64,000 bases of DNA. Origin: Phoronis australis (taxonomy: Eukaryota; Animalia; Phoronida). Positions 1 through 52,800 of this stretch are shown one piece after another. Location of the stretch: positions 2,008,277 to 2,072,276 of the forward strand of contig NMRA01000002.1 of assembly GCA_002633005.1 (NCBI GenBank), written 5' to 3'. Both the position numbers and the translations under genes were made by a program. The notes under the pieces are model-generated. The model did no database searches. It was given only the letters and a program-made list of their open reading frames with translations, and was not told where the DNA came from. Each line of letters starts with the position of its first letter. Within the stretch, counting starts at the first letter, position 1.

Positions 1-572
1 TGTTTTTCGTCCATATTGTGTACAAATTGATGAGCGCTAGTATGCAATTTTCAAGAAAATCGTTCATGCTCGTATTTGCCACAGAATGACGTGTTAACCT
101 GTCAACAACTTGTAAATATATTCAAACCAAACAGTCAACTTAGATTTAGTTTGCTAGGTACCCACTGTCTATCTCTGACATTGGTATTCACTAATACCAG
201 AAGACCTGATTGCAAATGGTGATTGAGTTACTTATAATATTAGCCTTCAGGGCTGTAAGCTTATCATTCCATTGTGTACCAGAAGTCAAGATTACATATC
301 AATCTTCAAAAATCTCCTTACTACAGGATTTCAGCTTATTTTAAACAATATGATTTAAAGAAATTCTTTGGAACAACTGTTTTCATTTCATTCTTAATTC
401 GAGCGATTAATTTTCGGTATGGGAAGTTTGCCATATTGAAGTTCCAGACTTTTTTCAAGTTTCATGAATCCTATTAGTGTTACGGTATGATTTCATTTGG
501 AAGTATGAAAATCGGATTAATTTTGTGTTTTCTAACTAAAAAAATTCATGAACTGTTTTTTTATAAACTTAG

Positions 573-40131
<39,559 letters not shown>

Positions 40132-42801
40132 TACCCACTTTAGATTTCAGAGGGCAGCACTTTGCAGGCTACGGGGATTATGGCACACTTGTCCAGTTTC
40201 GTGCTTGCCAGTTCAGAGGAGATGGCATGATTTCCTAAGGGACATCACCAGTGAAACAAACCATTTTGCATGGTGATGACAGAGACTGTGAATATCATGC
40301 CCAATGGACAGCATGCATGCATAGTGGTGTTTTTATGAGGGAAATGGGGAGCAACGTTTTGTGATCACATGGCCTCAAGCTTAAACATTGGCATCTGATC
40401 ACATGGTGCGACTTCTTGATCCGTGGCTCAGTCTGAGAACCTTTTCACCGAGTCTTTAGATTTTGTAATTTTTTTGCAGACAAATCAAAAAATAGGAGTT
40501 TGCTATTCACGTATTGTTTCATCTTGTACATTTTGTATGTAAGTTGTGCCTATAGCTTAAATGTTGGCTTGCTTCGAGTGTTTGTGTAAATAGTCTAAGT
40601 GGTGTGTCGAAAGTTTGCAATCTTACCCTAGGATGATTCCGTTCTGAAATGTTTTTTCATCATTCCATTCTTGATGCGCTTATGTCTTACTTTTTGCGTA
40701 AAGCTCGTGGCCGAAGTTCTTTTGTCAAAGCGTATCTGTGGTGGACCTGTACAAAGACAAGTGTATTTGACCTGTATATAGTTATTTTAAACGGAGCTCT
40801 GTACTCAGTTTTTTACTCTGTGTGTGACTTGCGGCAACTTTTATTTTGGGTTTGTTTGTGGCAGGTGCATTAAAAAATGTGTGTTTTTTATTAACTCTAT
40901 TCACTGTCCAAATTGAGTTATTTGATTTAGTGGACTGCAGCTAGTGAAAAGGGAACCATGCAAGTTGGTGTCATTAAGGTTTTCATATCTAGTGAATGTT
41001 GTGTATTTAGTTGTTGCAAATGACCGTATGGGTCGCTTGTTTGCCGTCCAATGTTGAGAAGTACCATATCACTAGCGTGGGATTGTTGGCAAGTGCGAGG
41101 AAAGGGGGCAAACGTGTGGCGACCAGGGGGACTTTTTTCGCCATGAACAGGATGACCAAATGCAAAATTTGAAGTTTGAGTGACACCCCCTGCCCCTCGT
41201 GACTACATCAGTGCTGGATATTCACTTGGTGGCACTGGCGAAGAAAAGGTTTTCTGTTTGTACTTCCACTAGTACTGCCTAATGGTGAACTTTTCATTCC
41301 CAAAACAAAAATCTGTTCTCATCACAAAGTGCCTTTTCTTCAAAGATCTGAGACAGGGTTTATGTCAGCTGCAATTGATACTTGTTTTAAATTGCAGATT
41401 GCATAATTTCTGTGAAAACGATCTAGATTTATGTATTGCTAGTCAAATTGCGAATCTTTGTAGCTTTTGGCATAATACTCTGCCACAAACAATCCACGTT
41501 TGGGACATTGTTTTAAAGTTAATTCTGCAAATGCCTACTTATCGACCATATCCTGATAAATCTGATAATGTTCTGCTTTTGTTAAATTTTATTGCACAGT
41601 TTATTTTCCTAGTATTGTGTGTGCTTTACCACTAACTGCAGGACAGTCAAAACCATGTTTTAAAGTCTCCATTTTCATCTTGTTTTAGCGTATTATTCAC
41701 GCGTGAGCAAATGGTTCTAGGCACTTTTTGTTTGTTGTAGTTTTTGTAGACTTGAAGAGTGTAAAATATAAGAAAATAAAATCAGCCCCACTAAATGCTC
41801 AAAATGGATGACAGTGTTCTCCAGACTGTATTATAGACAGCGTTAGCGATATTTTGTTACCTTTCTGTTCATTAGTTGTGTCCGAACAGATTGCTGCTAA
41901 CTTGCCATTTTGACCACCGCCACCAGAAGACAGTGGTGAAGCCATGTTGCCATTTTTGTGATCTATAACTGGTTGCATAATTTAGCATGTTCCTTTGGTA
42001 TTTTTAAATGGTGTAATCAGTATAAAAGATGTCTCCTTGTGTAGGAAAGCTGAATGCTTATGTTTTTAAGTACCAATTGAAGTAATGGTGTGCGGCCTTC
42101 TCAGTGAAGTCGTGCTGGTCATGTGTAGGGAAAGATGTACGTGGGGAGAATCCGAGCTGTGATTTAAGACTGTGCAGAGAAATGGGTGGAAGGAATTCTT
42201 TAATGCTGGGTACCATTGCCGACACTTGATAGTTTTTCTGGTGACACTGTAGGTACTGTTCCAAAAATCAAGGATATTTTCAGGGTGATTCTCTGATTTA
42301 CAGAAACACAAGGAAGCTTATCAAATATTCCTATCCAGGAGGAAATTCCGTGACTTTTTGAAATTTACTGTTGTGGTTGCAACTTCCATGAACTTCGTTT
42401 TCATTGAAACTGGCGACAAGGATTGTGTCCACTCCCTGTTTTGCTAAACGTTTAAACTTTTCTTGGTTACATAGATAAAGGATAAAGCATTTTTGCCACG
42501 AAAAGTTCTGAGCATCTACTTCCGAATTTTGAATTGACTGCTCAACTGTTATTGAAATTCACCAAGAAGAGGTCATTAGAGCCTTAGTTATGTATGGACC
42601 ATCACTTTTTGCAGCATAACAAATTGGTTAGTAGCATTGTTTATTGTTAAAGTGGTAATGCATAATGGATATAAATATCAAAAGTTGTTTTGATGTGTGA
42701 CCTGCAGCAAGATTATTTATTGTTAACTTGATGAGTGAGTATCCATTTGCGAATGGGTTGTGGATATGTTTTGAACTGTCTGTACTTCTCATATAGTTGT
42801 G

Positions 42802-42807
42802 AATAAA
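42802..42807 (+). terminator. Candidate polyadenylation signal of CDKL2-like gene
   Basis: AATAAA about 2.7 kb after the stop, at the end of a UG/U-rich stretch; another AATAAA near 41776. Confidence 0.4.
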
Positions 42808-42963
42808 TCATTTTAATAATAGAAAATTGATTTCACATCAGGATTGTGGCTGATAGTTGTTATCGAAGGTGTAGTGAGGCATGGAAATTCATTGAGTTGA
42901 GTTTTAGTGGATAATTACTTGTGCATGACAACCACCGTTATCATCATTACCATTATCGTGACG

Positions 42964-45086
42964 TGGGATTGATGGTCAAGTCATATTCACGGCTACGTGG
43001 TCAGACTATGTCTTAGTCATTGATGCGTCATTTACTTCATGCCATATAGTCGAGCTCGACTTCCGTAGACGCAAGAATTTCGCGAAGGAAGGTAGTATGG
43101 CCACTTGCTTCCTACAATAATACTTGCATGGCGAGTCTTGCTTTCGCGAGGTTCTCGCCTCTGCGGAACGCACGGCCTGATAAAGATGCAAATCCTATGC
43201 GAGTTGCTGACATAAAGTCCCATGCGTGCATAGGTATAGTGTTGCGCTATGTAGCAGTAGGACGCACTGCTTGAACGAGTGACTTCTCCACGTCCAGGCT
43301 GATCTACAAACTTAAAGGGTGCCTTTGTTTTTTTTCGGTTGAAGTCCATACGAAGGGTTCACTTTTTGGATTGGAACTTCACAAAAACTCTTGTTTTTTT
43401 ACTTCAGAGAGCTACAGAAATATAGTTTTTAAATTCTGTGATAAACATTTTGTCATGGATAAAACCATAAAACCACAACAATGGGATTCCTTTTTGGTGT
43501 GCTTGTTCTGTAAGGGGTGATGGTTCTTTCGATCAGGGCTTGGAGTTTTCAATAAATTTTGCAGCACAAAAATACGTTTCTATCACACAAATCTATTTGT
43601 GGAATGATTCATCACCTGGAAAACTTTCCTCGTTTTGTCATTGGTTTACAATCCCTGCGGGTTCCGTCGATGCAGATTATTCCTTATTTTAATTTCCCGT
43701 CGGTACACAAGTCGAAAATATAATCAAGTAGCCTGGGCGCAAGCTGAATCAACCATCTCGTTGCATGCCTTTCAGTGGCGGATTCAGAGGGAGGCCATGG
43801 CCCCCCTAAAATTCTCCTAGATTCCATTTGGCAATACGGGGGTGCGAATGTATGTCGGGCAAAATCCTGGCTAATACTCTGCCGTGGCCCCCCAACTCAA
43901 AATCCTGGATCCGCCCCTGCCTTTGAAAGGAACACAATACTTGGCGTATAAAAGCAAAATGTATTGTGGACATCTCCGTTTTGAAAAGTGTGGCGACGCA
44001 ACTGACCAATAAAGTCCAGTTTCTGGTCACCGGNTGGGATTGATGGTCAAGTCATATTCACGGCTACGTGGTCAGACTATGACTTAGTCATTGATGCGTC
44101 ATTTGTTTCACGCCATATGGTCGATCTCGAGTTCCGTAGACGCAAGAATTTCGCGAAGAAAGCTAGTGGCCATTTGCTTCCTACAGTAATACTTGCATGG
44201 CGAGTCTTGCTTTCGCGAGGTTCTCGCGTCTGCGGAACGCACGGCCTGATAAAAGTGCAAATCCTATGCGAGTTGGTGACATAAAGTCCCAGGCGTGCAT
44301 ACGTATAGTGTTGCAGTAGGACGCACTGCTTGGACGAGTGACTTCTCCACGTCCAGGCTGATCTACAAACTTAAAGGGTGCCTTTGTTTTTTTTTCGGTT
44401 GAAGTCCATATGAATGGTTCACTTTTTGGGTTGGAACTTCACAAAAACTCTGTTTTTTACTTCAGAGAGCTACAGAAATATAGTTTTTAACTTCTATGAT
44501 AAACATTTTGTCATGGATAAAACCATAAAACCGCAACAATGGGAAACCTTTTTGGTGTGCTTGTTCTCTAAGGGGTGATGGTTCTTTCGATCAGGGCTTG
44601 GAGTTTTCACATAAATTTTGCAGCACAAACATATGTTTCTATCACACAAATCTATTTGTGGAATAATTCATCACCTGGAAAACTTTCCTCGTTTTGTCAT
44701 TGGTTTACAATCCCTGCCGGTTCGATGCAGATTATTCCTTATTTTTATTTCCCGTCGGTGCACAAGTCGAAAATATAATCGAGTAGCCCGGGCGCAAGTT
44801 GGATCAACCATCTCGTTGCATGCCTTTCAGTGGCGGATTTAGAGGGGGGCCATGGCCCCCCTAAAATTCTAGATTCCATTTGGCAATACGGGGGTGCGAA
44901 TGTCTGTCGGGCAAAATCCTGGCTAATACTCTGCCGTGCCCCCCCTAACTCAAAATCCTGGATCCGCCCCTGCCTTTGAAAGGAACACAATACTTGGTGT
45001 ATAAAAGTAAAATGTATTGTGGACATCTCCGTTTTGAAAAGTGAAGCGACGCAACTGACCAATAAATTCCAGTTTCTGGTCACCGG
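42964..45086. repeat. Tandem duplication joined at N44034 (42964-44033 vs 44035-45086), probably uncollapsed haplotypes
   Basis: Both copies run from tgggattgatggtcaag to ttctggtcaccgg with scattered SNPs and indels. Confidence 0.9.
43773..43919. mobile_element. MITE with CAG(T/G)GGCGGAT TIRs and 5-bp TSD CCTTT (duplicate at ~44828-44972)
   Basis: cagtggcggattcag ... ctggatccgcccctg; ccttt on both flanks; related ends at 58245-58391, 60840-60980 and 63485-63850. Confidence 0.75.
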
Positions 45087-45088
45087 TC

Positions 45089-45425
45089 TCAAAGTTGTTT
45101 CACTGACTTTCGGACAAGATAAGGTCGATCGAGAGAAACTGGTTTGCATCGGTTTGTCGAGACGTCACACCTTAATTTCCTAAACGCTTGGATCAGTTGG
45201 GAAGTTGACGGTCGATTGTTTTGGTCGTTCACCAGGCAACATCGTCCTATTTGAGAGTATACCCAATAGTTCTTCCAACCCTCATCGGTCTCTGCGTTCT
45301 TGAATATCGCGTCTATCATAGCTCCGATGCTATAGACGTCGCTTTCTTTAGTCGTTCTTTCTCCGTCAAGAACCTCCGGAGCGATGTGTTTTATCTGATA
45401 CCGTTTTTCCTTTGGCACAACGTAG
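45089..45425 (-). CDS. Kinase exon 5: C-lobe (HIAPEVL, SDVYSIG, NRPS) to TGA
   Basis: Acceptor atgtttcag (phase 2); in frame with ORF 45089-45418. Confidence 0.85.
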
Positions 45426-46689
45426 CTGAAACATTTATCAACTTCTGAGGATTAGTTCAACGAATCACAATACCGCTCTACTTATTGCACTGCAAATTTC
45501 GGATCGTTTCGTTTAAAACCGTTGAAATGGGAAGAATTCAGTTTTTAGCGACTAAAAATTATGGAACTGAAGTATCGCCAAAATGGGAGTCTAATGCGTA
45601 AAATTCCAAATTTTCGTTTTCAATGATTGAGTGTGTCGTATTAACGGGTCATACCCCACTTCTGCGTGCTTTCGCCCGGACCGAATAGCTTAGAAACTGA
45701 ACCACCATCATGATAGTAACTAGTATTATTTTTCATAATTTTTCCAATAGTAAGCATTTTAGAAACGTGAGATGAGCAACGTAAACTCGACAAAGAGCTT
45801 GTGCAAACATTTAAACAAAAGGAGCGCAGGTAATATTGATAAACCTTTGGATATCCGCCTTACGTTAGTCCACAGCCAACGGAAGCGTGCGAGAAGTCGA
45901 TCAGCGTTATCTTAATCCGTCGTTCACGACTCCTGATTTCTGTCATCACATTGGCTGGTTTGAGATCATTTAGCAGGACGTCCTGTTGGTGAACCTGTTC
46001 ACAGAGGTCTTTGAATATTTGGTATTGCCCAATTAAGAAATTGTTGCATCTAAACGTACTACAAATTCACCTTACGTCAAAAATAAATGCTTATTTTAGA
46101 CAGTCCCAGCTTGCTCCTCTGTCAAATTAAAGATGATTTTTGTTCTGGTTGCTTGAGAACAGAGGAGTATTTAACTGGCAGTCCCTCCTTTTATTTATAA
46201 TACATTATTTTCATTTTCATGTGTGCTCACAAGTTGTTTTTCTTTCGTCATTTTACGTTCGTCGTTTTACGCTTGTCGCCTTGGGGAAAGTACGCTCGTA
46301 AATTGACAAGTTTTACGCCCACATTTATAATGATGACGCAAATGGAAAACCAAACTGAAGCGTGGCGTATCTGTGAATTTATGTATTTAAAAGGAGACTT
46401 GAACGGTATGCAGTTCTAAATAGGTTTACTCTCGTGGTACATTATTTTTAGTTTCCCCTTAATCGTAAAAAGGGCCGGCGGCCTAGTTAATTGAAATATA
46501 GTATGTATATATGTATGTATATATATATAGTATATATGTATGTGCGTGTATATGAATGTATGTATGTATGTATGTGTTCCGGCCCGTATTGGAATTCAGC
46601 TCAAATCGGAATATTCCAATACGGGCCAGATTCCAATTGATGCGGGTCGGAGCATATGTACGTGTGTATGCATGTATGTGTATGTTTTC

Positions 46690-46729
<40 letters not shown>

Positions 46730-46763
46730 TNNNNNNNNNNNNNNNNNNNNNNNNNNNNNNNNN

Positions 46764-46822
<59 letters not shown>

Positions 46823-49800
46823 CTTCGTTGAAAACACGACTAAACTTTTTGTTTGAAAGCTTCATACCGATTCACTTGTTGTGTCGGAAAACTTTCCTTT
46901 CTTCAGGTGTGCAGCTATTAATGATTAAAGATAATATTAATTAAACCGCGAACAATTTTGTTTTAATGATCAAAATCAATTCAGGTTTCCCCACATGCCA
47001 AGGTACGATGCCACTTGGCTTACCTCAAACTTCAACTGTTGCTTCGTGATTCGGTAATTGAGTGGCCCAATTATGTTGCACGCCCAACAGAATTAATGAG
47101 GAACATATTATTACAACATTAAACAAACGTTTTTGGGTTGTAAAATCGCATTTCTTATCCAATTTTCAAAATTCGAAAACTTAATCACGTTTTCAAGAAG
47201 CATTCAAACGTGCTATTTCCAAACTTTCAAAACGAAAATTTAAAAATACTGTTGTTGCCCCCAATGTGTTTATGATGGGTCTCATTATCTACACAGAGCT
47301 AACATCAGCAGCCTGAGGCTATTAAATTAACCACATCAGCATGGTGTCTTTGATCTGAACCGGCAGATTCTGTGGTGCGAACACAGGACAAGTTGCCCAA
47401 CCTCGACTGGTTAGGATGTCAACGTAGGATTGAAAGTTATGATTACCGTGTGCCTTCATTGTTTGATCTGCTTTTCGCCCCTGTTTATGTATCTGTCAAT
47501 AATGAAGTTTAACTAAAACACTTAGAGGTCTGAAGCATTGACACCCCTATTAGCTGGGCAGATAAGTGCAAATATGCACCAGAATTGTGCAAATGATGAT
47601 ACAAGCACCAAATTTTCCATGATGACTCATAATAGCATACTTAAGANNNNNNNNNNGGTTGGGCAGAGACAGATTTATGAGGAAAAGCATTACTCACAAG
47701 CATCAAATGGCGGCCATTTTGAAAAATGGCCGCCATTTTGGAATTTTAGGTGGCTAGTCGGGTAGATCTGTTGAGTATACCTTAGGATGTCACCATGCCA
47801 ATTTTGGTGCTTGTATCATCAAATGCATGATTTTTCCACTATCTGCCCCGCTATATCTGACAACTCATTGTCGCAAGTAACACTTGATCCATTCTCGAAT
47901 CCGCAGTTAGGCTTGGCCAATCACTATAGACGGAAGCGTTTTTGAGTCGCTAGCGGTTCGATGTTCTTTTTGAGTAGAAGGAAAAATGTTAGAACGATTC
48001 TGAGTAGTGGCGGGTTTAAGATATCACAAGGGAGGCCAACATTTTGTCTGTAAACAATTGCGCCAAGCACGATTATAGATGCGCATAGAACCGAATGGGG
48101 GGAGGTCGGGAAGGGTATGTATTTTGACGACGGAAACGAAGTCGTAGTGCGCAGGGCCACTGCCAGTCGCCTGGGATATCGCGGGAGAGCCTATACTTAG
48201 CCATAGTTTTGTTACGAATGCACCGGTTGTACAAATATGAAACTTGAAATTGGACCTGAGCCCCCCCCAAACACACTAAAACTGCACACATTTAAATCTT
48301 GTTTCAGTCCTACAATGTTACTTACCGGGGTTAATTAATAAACTCAATGTTTCCCTACGCTCTTGCTGTTTTATTTTTTGCAACAGCCAAGGAAGGGTGG
48401 GGGAGGGGTCTCCCCGCCCCAATGACTCCCCCCCCCGATGAAACCAAAAACGTAATTCGATTTCCGTTTTTAGCCTGCTAAATCAGACCAAAATACAGCT
48501 AAAGCACACAGAATATTTGCAAACGAGATAAATTGCATTACTAAGTTAGACAAACAAATGTGCAGATGAGATGAGATAAAAAAACTGACGAAAGGAAGGT
48601 CCTCCATAATTAAAGCTTTTGCAACAGTAGCTATGATAGGCGTGGACTAACTGAGTCGTCGTGCCGGCTGTTTTGGGTTTTGAATTTCCGTAAATATGTA
48701 GAAAATCTATGCGGTTGAGCATCTTGGTTGATGAGTTCGTCAGCTAACTTAGAAGGATACTGAACCATGGGCTTATCATGGGCGTCCCAATAGAATTATA
48801 AAAGCAGGATTCAAGATCTGAAAACTCATACTCTCTGTGTAGCTGATTGGGCACTGTGTTTCTTGGTTGGTTGTCTTTCCCAACAGTTGCCGTGGAACTT
48901 GCGAAAGCTTGGGTCAAGCTTTCCCATTAGGTGACTTTGAGAGGAGTTTTCAAATTTCATTCCTCCATGCTTTTAAGGGTCTTCGAATTTGACAGAGCAA
49001 TACTTTGGTTCAGGGAACTAGATGCGAAATTCGTTTTCCATATCTGTTAATATGCCAAAACAGGGTTTAAGTTATTAAGGTGGGTTTGTTTATTTCATTG
49101 GTAGGACAAATTTATTCCCCAAGTCGCGGTCTAACAGTGAATAGCTTCATGCATTAAGTCTTTGCTGATAGCAAGCTTTTTAGATAAAAGTATCGCACTA
49201 ACAAGTTTTGTGCAGGTGCTTAGCACATGGAGCTTTTCAGCACTGCATGAAATCGATGTTACGCAATGACGTAGCATTCCCATCACTATTATAGTTCAGT
49301 GATCGCGGTAGACTTGATAACCCTGAATACAGCCACCGACTGAGTCGCTCAGACTCAGGGCGAATTGTAGTTTGTATTGTAGGTGATGAAAAGAGGAAAT
49401 GACTGTAAGAAACAAACTCACGACCTCATTATTGCAAGTAAACACCTTTGTCCTCAAAGCTTACCTTGTTCACCGCCAAAACCAACTGCAACGCAACGTC
49501 AATCCACGTGCGGACCGGAAATGACATTTTCTGGCGTAATAACCTCATAAGATCAGTCCCATTACCAATAAAATCCATGACTATACCGTCCCTGAGAATT
49601 CCATAAATTTTGGGAACTACTCCAGTACACTGGAGCATCTCCAAGCAGCGGTATTCACTGAACAGTCGATGTCTGTAGTTCGAATTAGAGCTTTTGATAC
49701 AGACTTTCCTTCTCCTGCCGTCAAGTGCCTCAAGCAAGCCAAGATACACCTTTCCTGTTTTTCCTTTGCCGACTAGAATGTTTTCGCCATTTCTCTGGAG

Positions 49801-52800
49801 AAAACTGAAATAAGATAGTCCGTTAGCCAGAGTGGAAGATGTAAACGATCCCGCATTCACCTCCAGTTGAGAGGAGCTGACCGAGCCGGGTGGGGAACTG
49901 AAATTGACGACGGACTACGCGGGGGTGAGGGGGTTGAAGAATCCCGTCCTACGGCCAACATGTGCACTATTGAGATAGATGATGGGGGAGTGAATTCTAA
50001 TAGGTGTCAAAGTAATCAATTTCGTCGGTGCCACAGAGAAAGAAGCATACAAAAAGGGGGAGGGGCGAGGTGACGGCCCCAGGCTTCCGTACAGGGGGAT
50101 CCAATCACTAAGAATAAACCTTTGAAATTGGGAATGATATGAAGTTAAGTAGAGAAAGAAGTTTCTATTTCATGTTTCATCTTTTTACTTTTCCTAGTAC
50201 TAGGTCCATGCACAGCATTTGAGTAGAGAGAGAGGGGCATCCAATCCAAAATCGCCTCGGGCATCACCACACCTCTGCAAGCATACATTCAACCCAGGGA
50301 TGTGTTGCGTATTTGCTGTATAAGTTTGGCTATTGCATGACGTCAAGAGCATGCAATCTGCTCTGGCATGTTAATGAAGGAAATTAGCATTATCTTGAAG
50401 ATGGACTATGATAACATTATAAACTGGCAAGCAGACCTTCTACGTCATCACTGAGCATAGGCTGAGACAGTCTCGTGGCGCTAAAGTTGAGCAAACCACT
50501 CATCAAAAAAGGTTCATTATTGTTTCACCAAAGTTTTGCGATAGGAACACATTACCGAAACTTAGACCCATCAATCAAGAAGTCGGCACTTTGATATTCG
50601 CTCGTCATACTGGTCGCGGAATAGTCAATTGGAATGTTGGAGTTGTAGCACCCTACCGTTGTTGACGTTAGCAGAGTAGCTGGGGACACCCTTTCTGACT
50701 TTGCATGATCAGATTTCCGAAAGTGCGGGGGAAGGTGTCGCCGATAAGTCAGTTCATCAGATTTCGCCGGGTCACTGTTTTCTCGAGGTTTTTCACAGAC
50801 GATTTCTGCAACATTGTACGACATTATAGTGGAGAGGCTGGACCGAGTCGAAGCACTCGGATGAAGAAAGGACCCTTTTCGTGAGGTACAACTCTCTTGT
50901 TCCTTTGTGGTAACTTGAGACGTGTGTTCTGTCTTCTGTGATAGACTGCGAGTGACCATCCGAGAGACGACTTGTCGAATAATTGAACGGGCTTTAGTTT
51001 TAAAGCTCTGGTTCGATTCACCCGCAGAGCGCACAACGATCTTAAATTGCGGGATGCTTGTCATCGTCACTGAGCCACTTCCAAACCTACCTGGAATGCG
51101 TCGAATGTACTCTGATAGCCTCCAGGATGTTCTTCTTGAAGAACCTGGCGATTTAGTTTTCGAACATTCCGAAGCTTTGTTCATTACTTTAAAATCTCTT
51201 GACTGCCTTTTCCTCGATTCAGGACCTAAAAATGACGAGAACCGTAGTTTTGTCACTTCTTTTCTCTTTTTCTTACTTATCTGTTCCGTTTGGTCGCTCA
51301 GTCGTTTTCCAGTAGAAGAACGCGTGTTTCTTGTGATCCGTTCTGAATAACATTTGGAGACGCGGAATTTGGCTTGTCGCACCGCCCTTAGGATTCTGGA
51401 TGCCTCCTTCGAAGATAATGTGGTCGCCTGTCCAGAATCGTGTTTGTTTTGGTAACGGGCAAGTCCTCTTCTTGCAGCGCAAGCGTGTGGACATAGGCAT
51501 TCAAGCTCATGTATACTTGGGCTCTCAATTTCAAACGATTCAAGAAAAATGAGACGCTTTGTTTCACTCGTAAACTTCAACCATACTCTGTTCCTAGCGT
51601 CTGTACTTCTAGTGTATGAGTCTCGAATATGGTTTGTCCGACCACCGTCGAAAACGACGCAGCAATGTGCGCATGGAAGGATACATTGGTCGTCATTGAT
51701 CCGGCCAAGAGACTTGGATCTCTGCAATTCCCCAACTGTCGTTTTCCATAGACAGAAGCAAGATCTGCGCACAACAGGAAGGCTCATGTACCCTTCAGCA
51801 AGGTGATTCTCACCGATGTGCGGAAGACATTCCCGACTTGTCAATCCCGTTTTCGCACGAGCGCATCTTACAGGGATCACAGTTGAGGAAACCTGAAAAT
51901 TATATCAACACCGTCGCGTTCAGGCGTTCATGAGGTGGGCGTGACCACCCTGAATACAGTGACCATCGTATCGTACGGTAATATAGTCTGAGATATCAAG
52001 TGCGGAATCAAAAGTTGGTCGGATTTCAAAAACAGTTGGCTGGACTGCAAAACCAATTGGCCGGAGACCAAACGTGTTTTCCGGTCTTCAAAACGCGATG
52101 GCCTCACCCAAAAAGTTAGTTGGCTGGACCAAAAACACCGACCCAACCCGTTCAGGTCCGACCACCCGACCAAGTTAGAGCACCGGCCATTGCCGGTGTT
52201 TTACAGTCCAGTCAGCTGGTTTTGAAGGCCAGCCAGATGTTGATTCCCCCATGGATATAGTCGTAAAAATGTTTGTTTTATATGATGCTGAGAGCGTGTA
52301 GAAGAGCAATGTCCAATATGGTTCAAAGAGGAAGCGGAATTTTCAGCCATAAACGGTGCCTACCATTATCAAGGCGATAAGTAGACATAATCGCCAACTT
52401 TACATATTTAACCGAACATCTAGAAATATGGAAGGTGTAACATATATGAAATAGTCTTGTAATACCAATCTGAGATTAACAGGATCACGTAACCAATTCT
52501 TTTGAATAAAAGTAAATAAAAAAAGAAAACGTCGTAATCTTAAGGAAACAATGGAAGTGATAGATATCCAAAAGTAAATCTAAAAACAATGCAGTTTTCT
52601 AATTGCTTCATTTCCATTCATGCATGGTTTGGTTTTTCTTCGTGAAATGCCATAACTCCTTGTTTTATTTAACACTAGTGACATAAGGAGGGTCAATTCT
52701 TTTCAGCATGTCCTAATATCGCATGGGAAGATTAAGGGGGGGGGGGCAGGGGGCCCGCCCCCCCCTCTCCTTGGCTGCCGCAAAAAAGATAAAACAGCAA

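Noticed and set aside
42058-42311. hAT dimerisation-domain fragment (ENILDFW)
   Set aside because: No downstream ERxFS motif or other support; lies in the presumed CDKL 3'UTR
46540-46944. ORFs rich in CV/HT repeats
   Set aside because: Translations of the (TG)n microsatellite and N gap
50824-51806. Overlapping and antisense ORFs within kinase exon 2 (similar ones occur within the pol and GALNT ORFs)
   Set aside because: Shadow ORFs expected opposite or within long coding sequence; no independent signals
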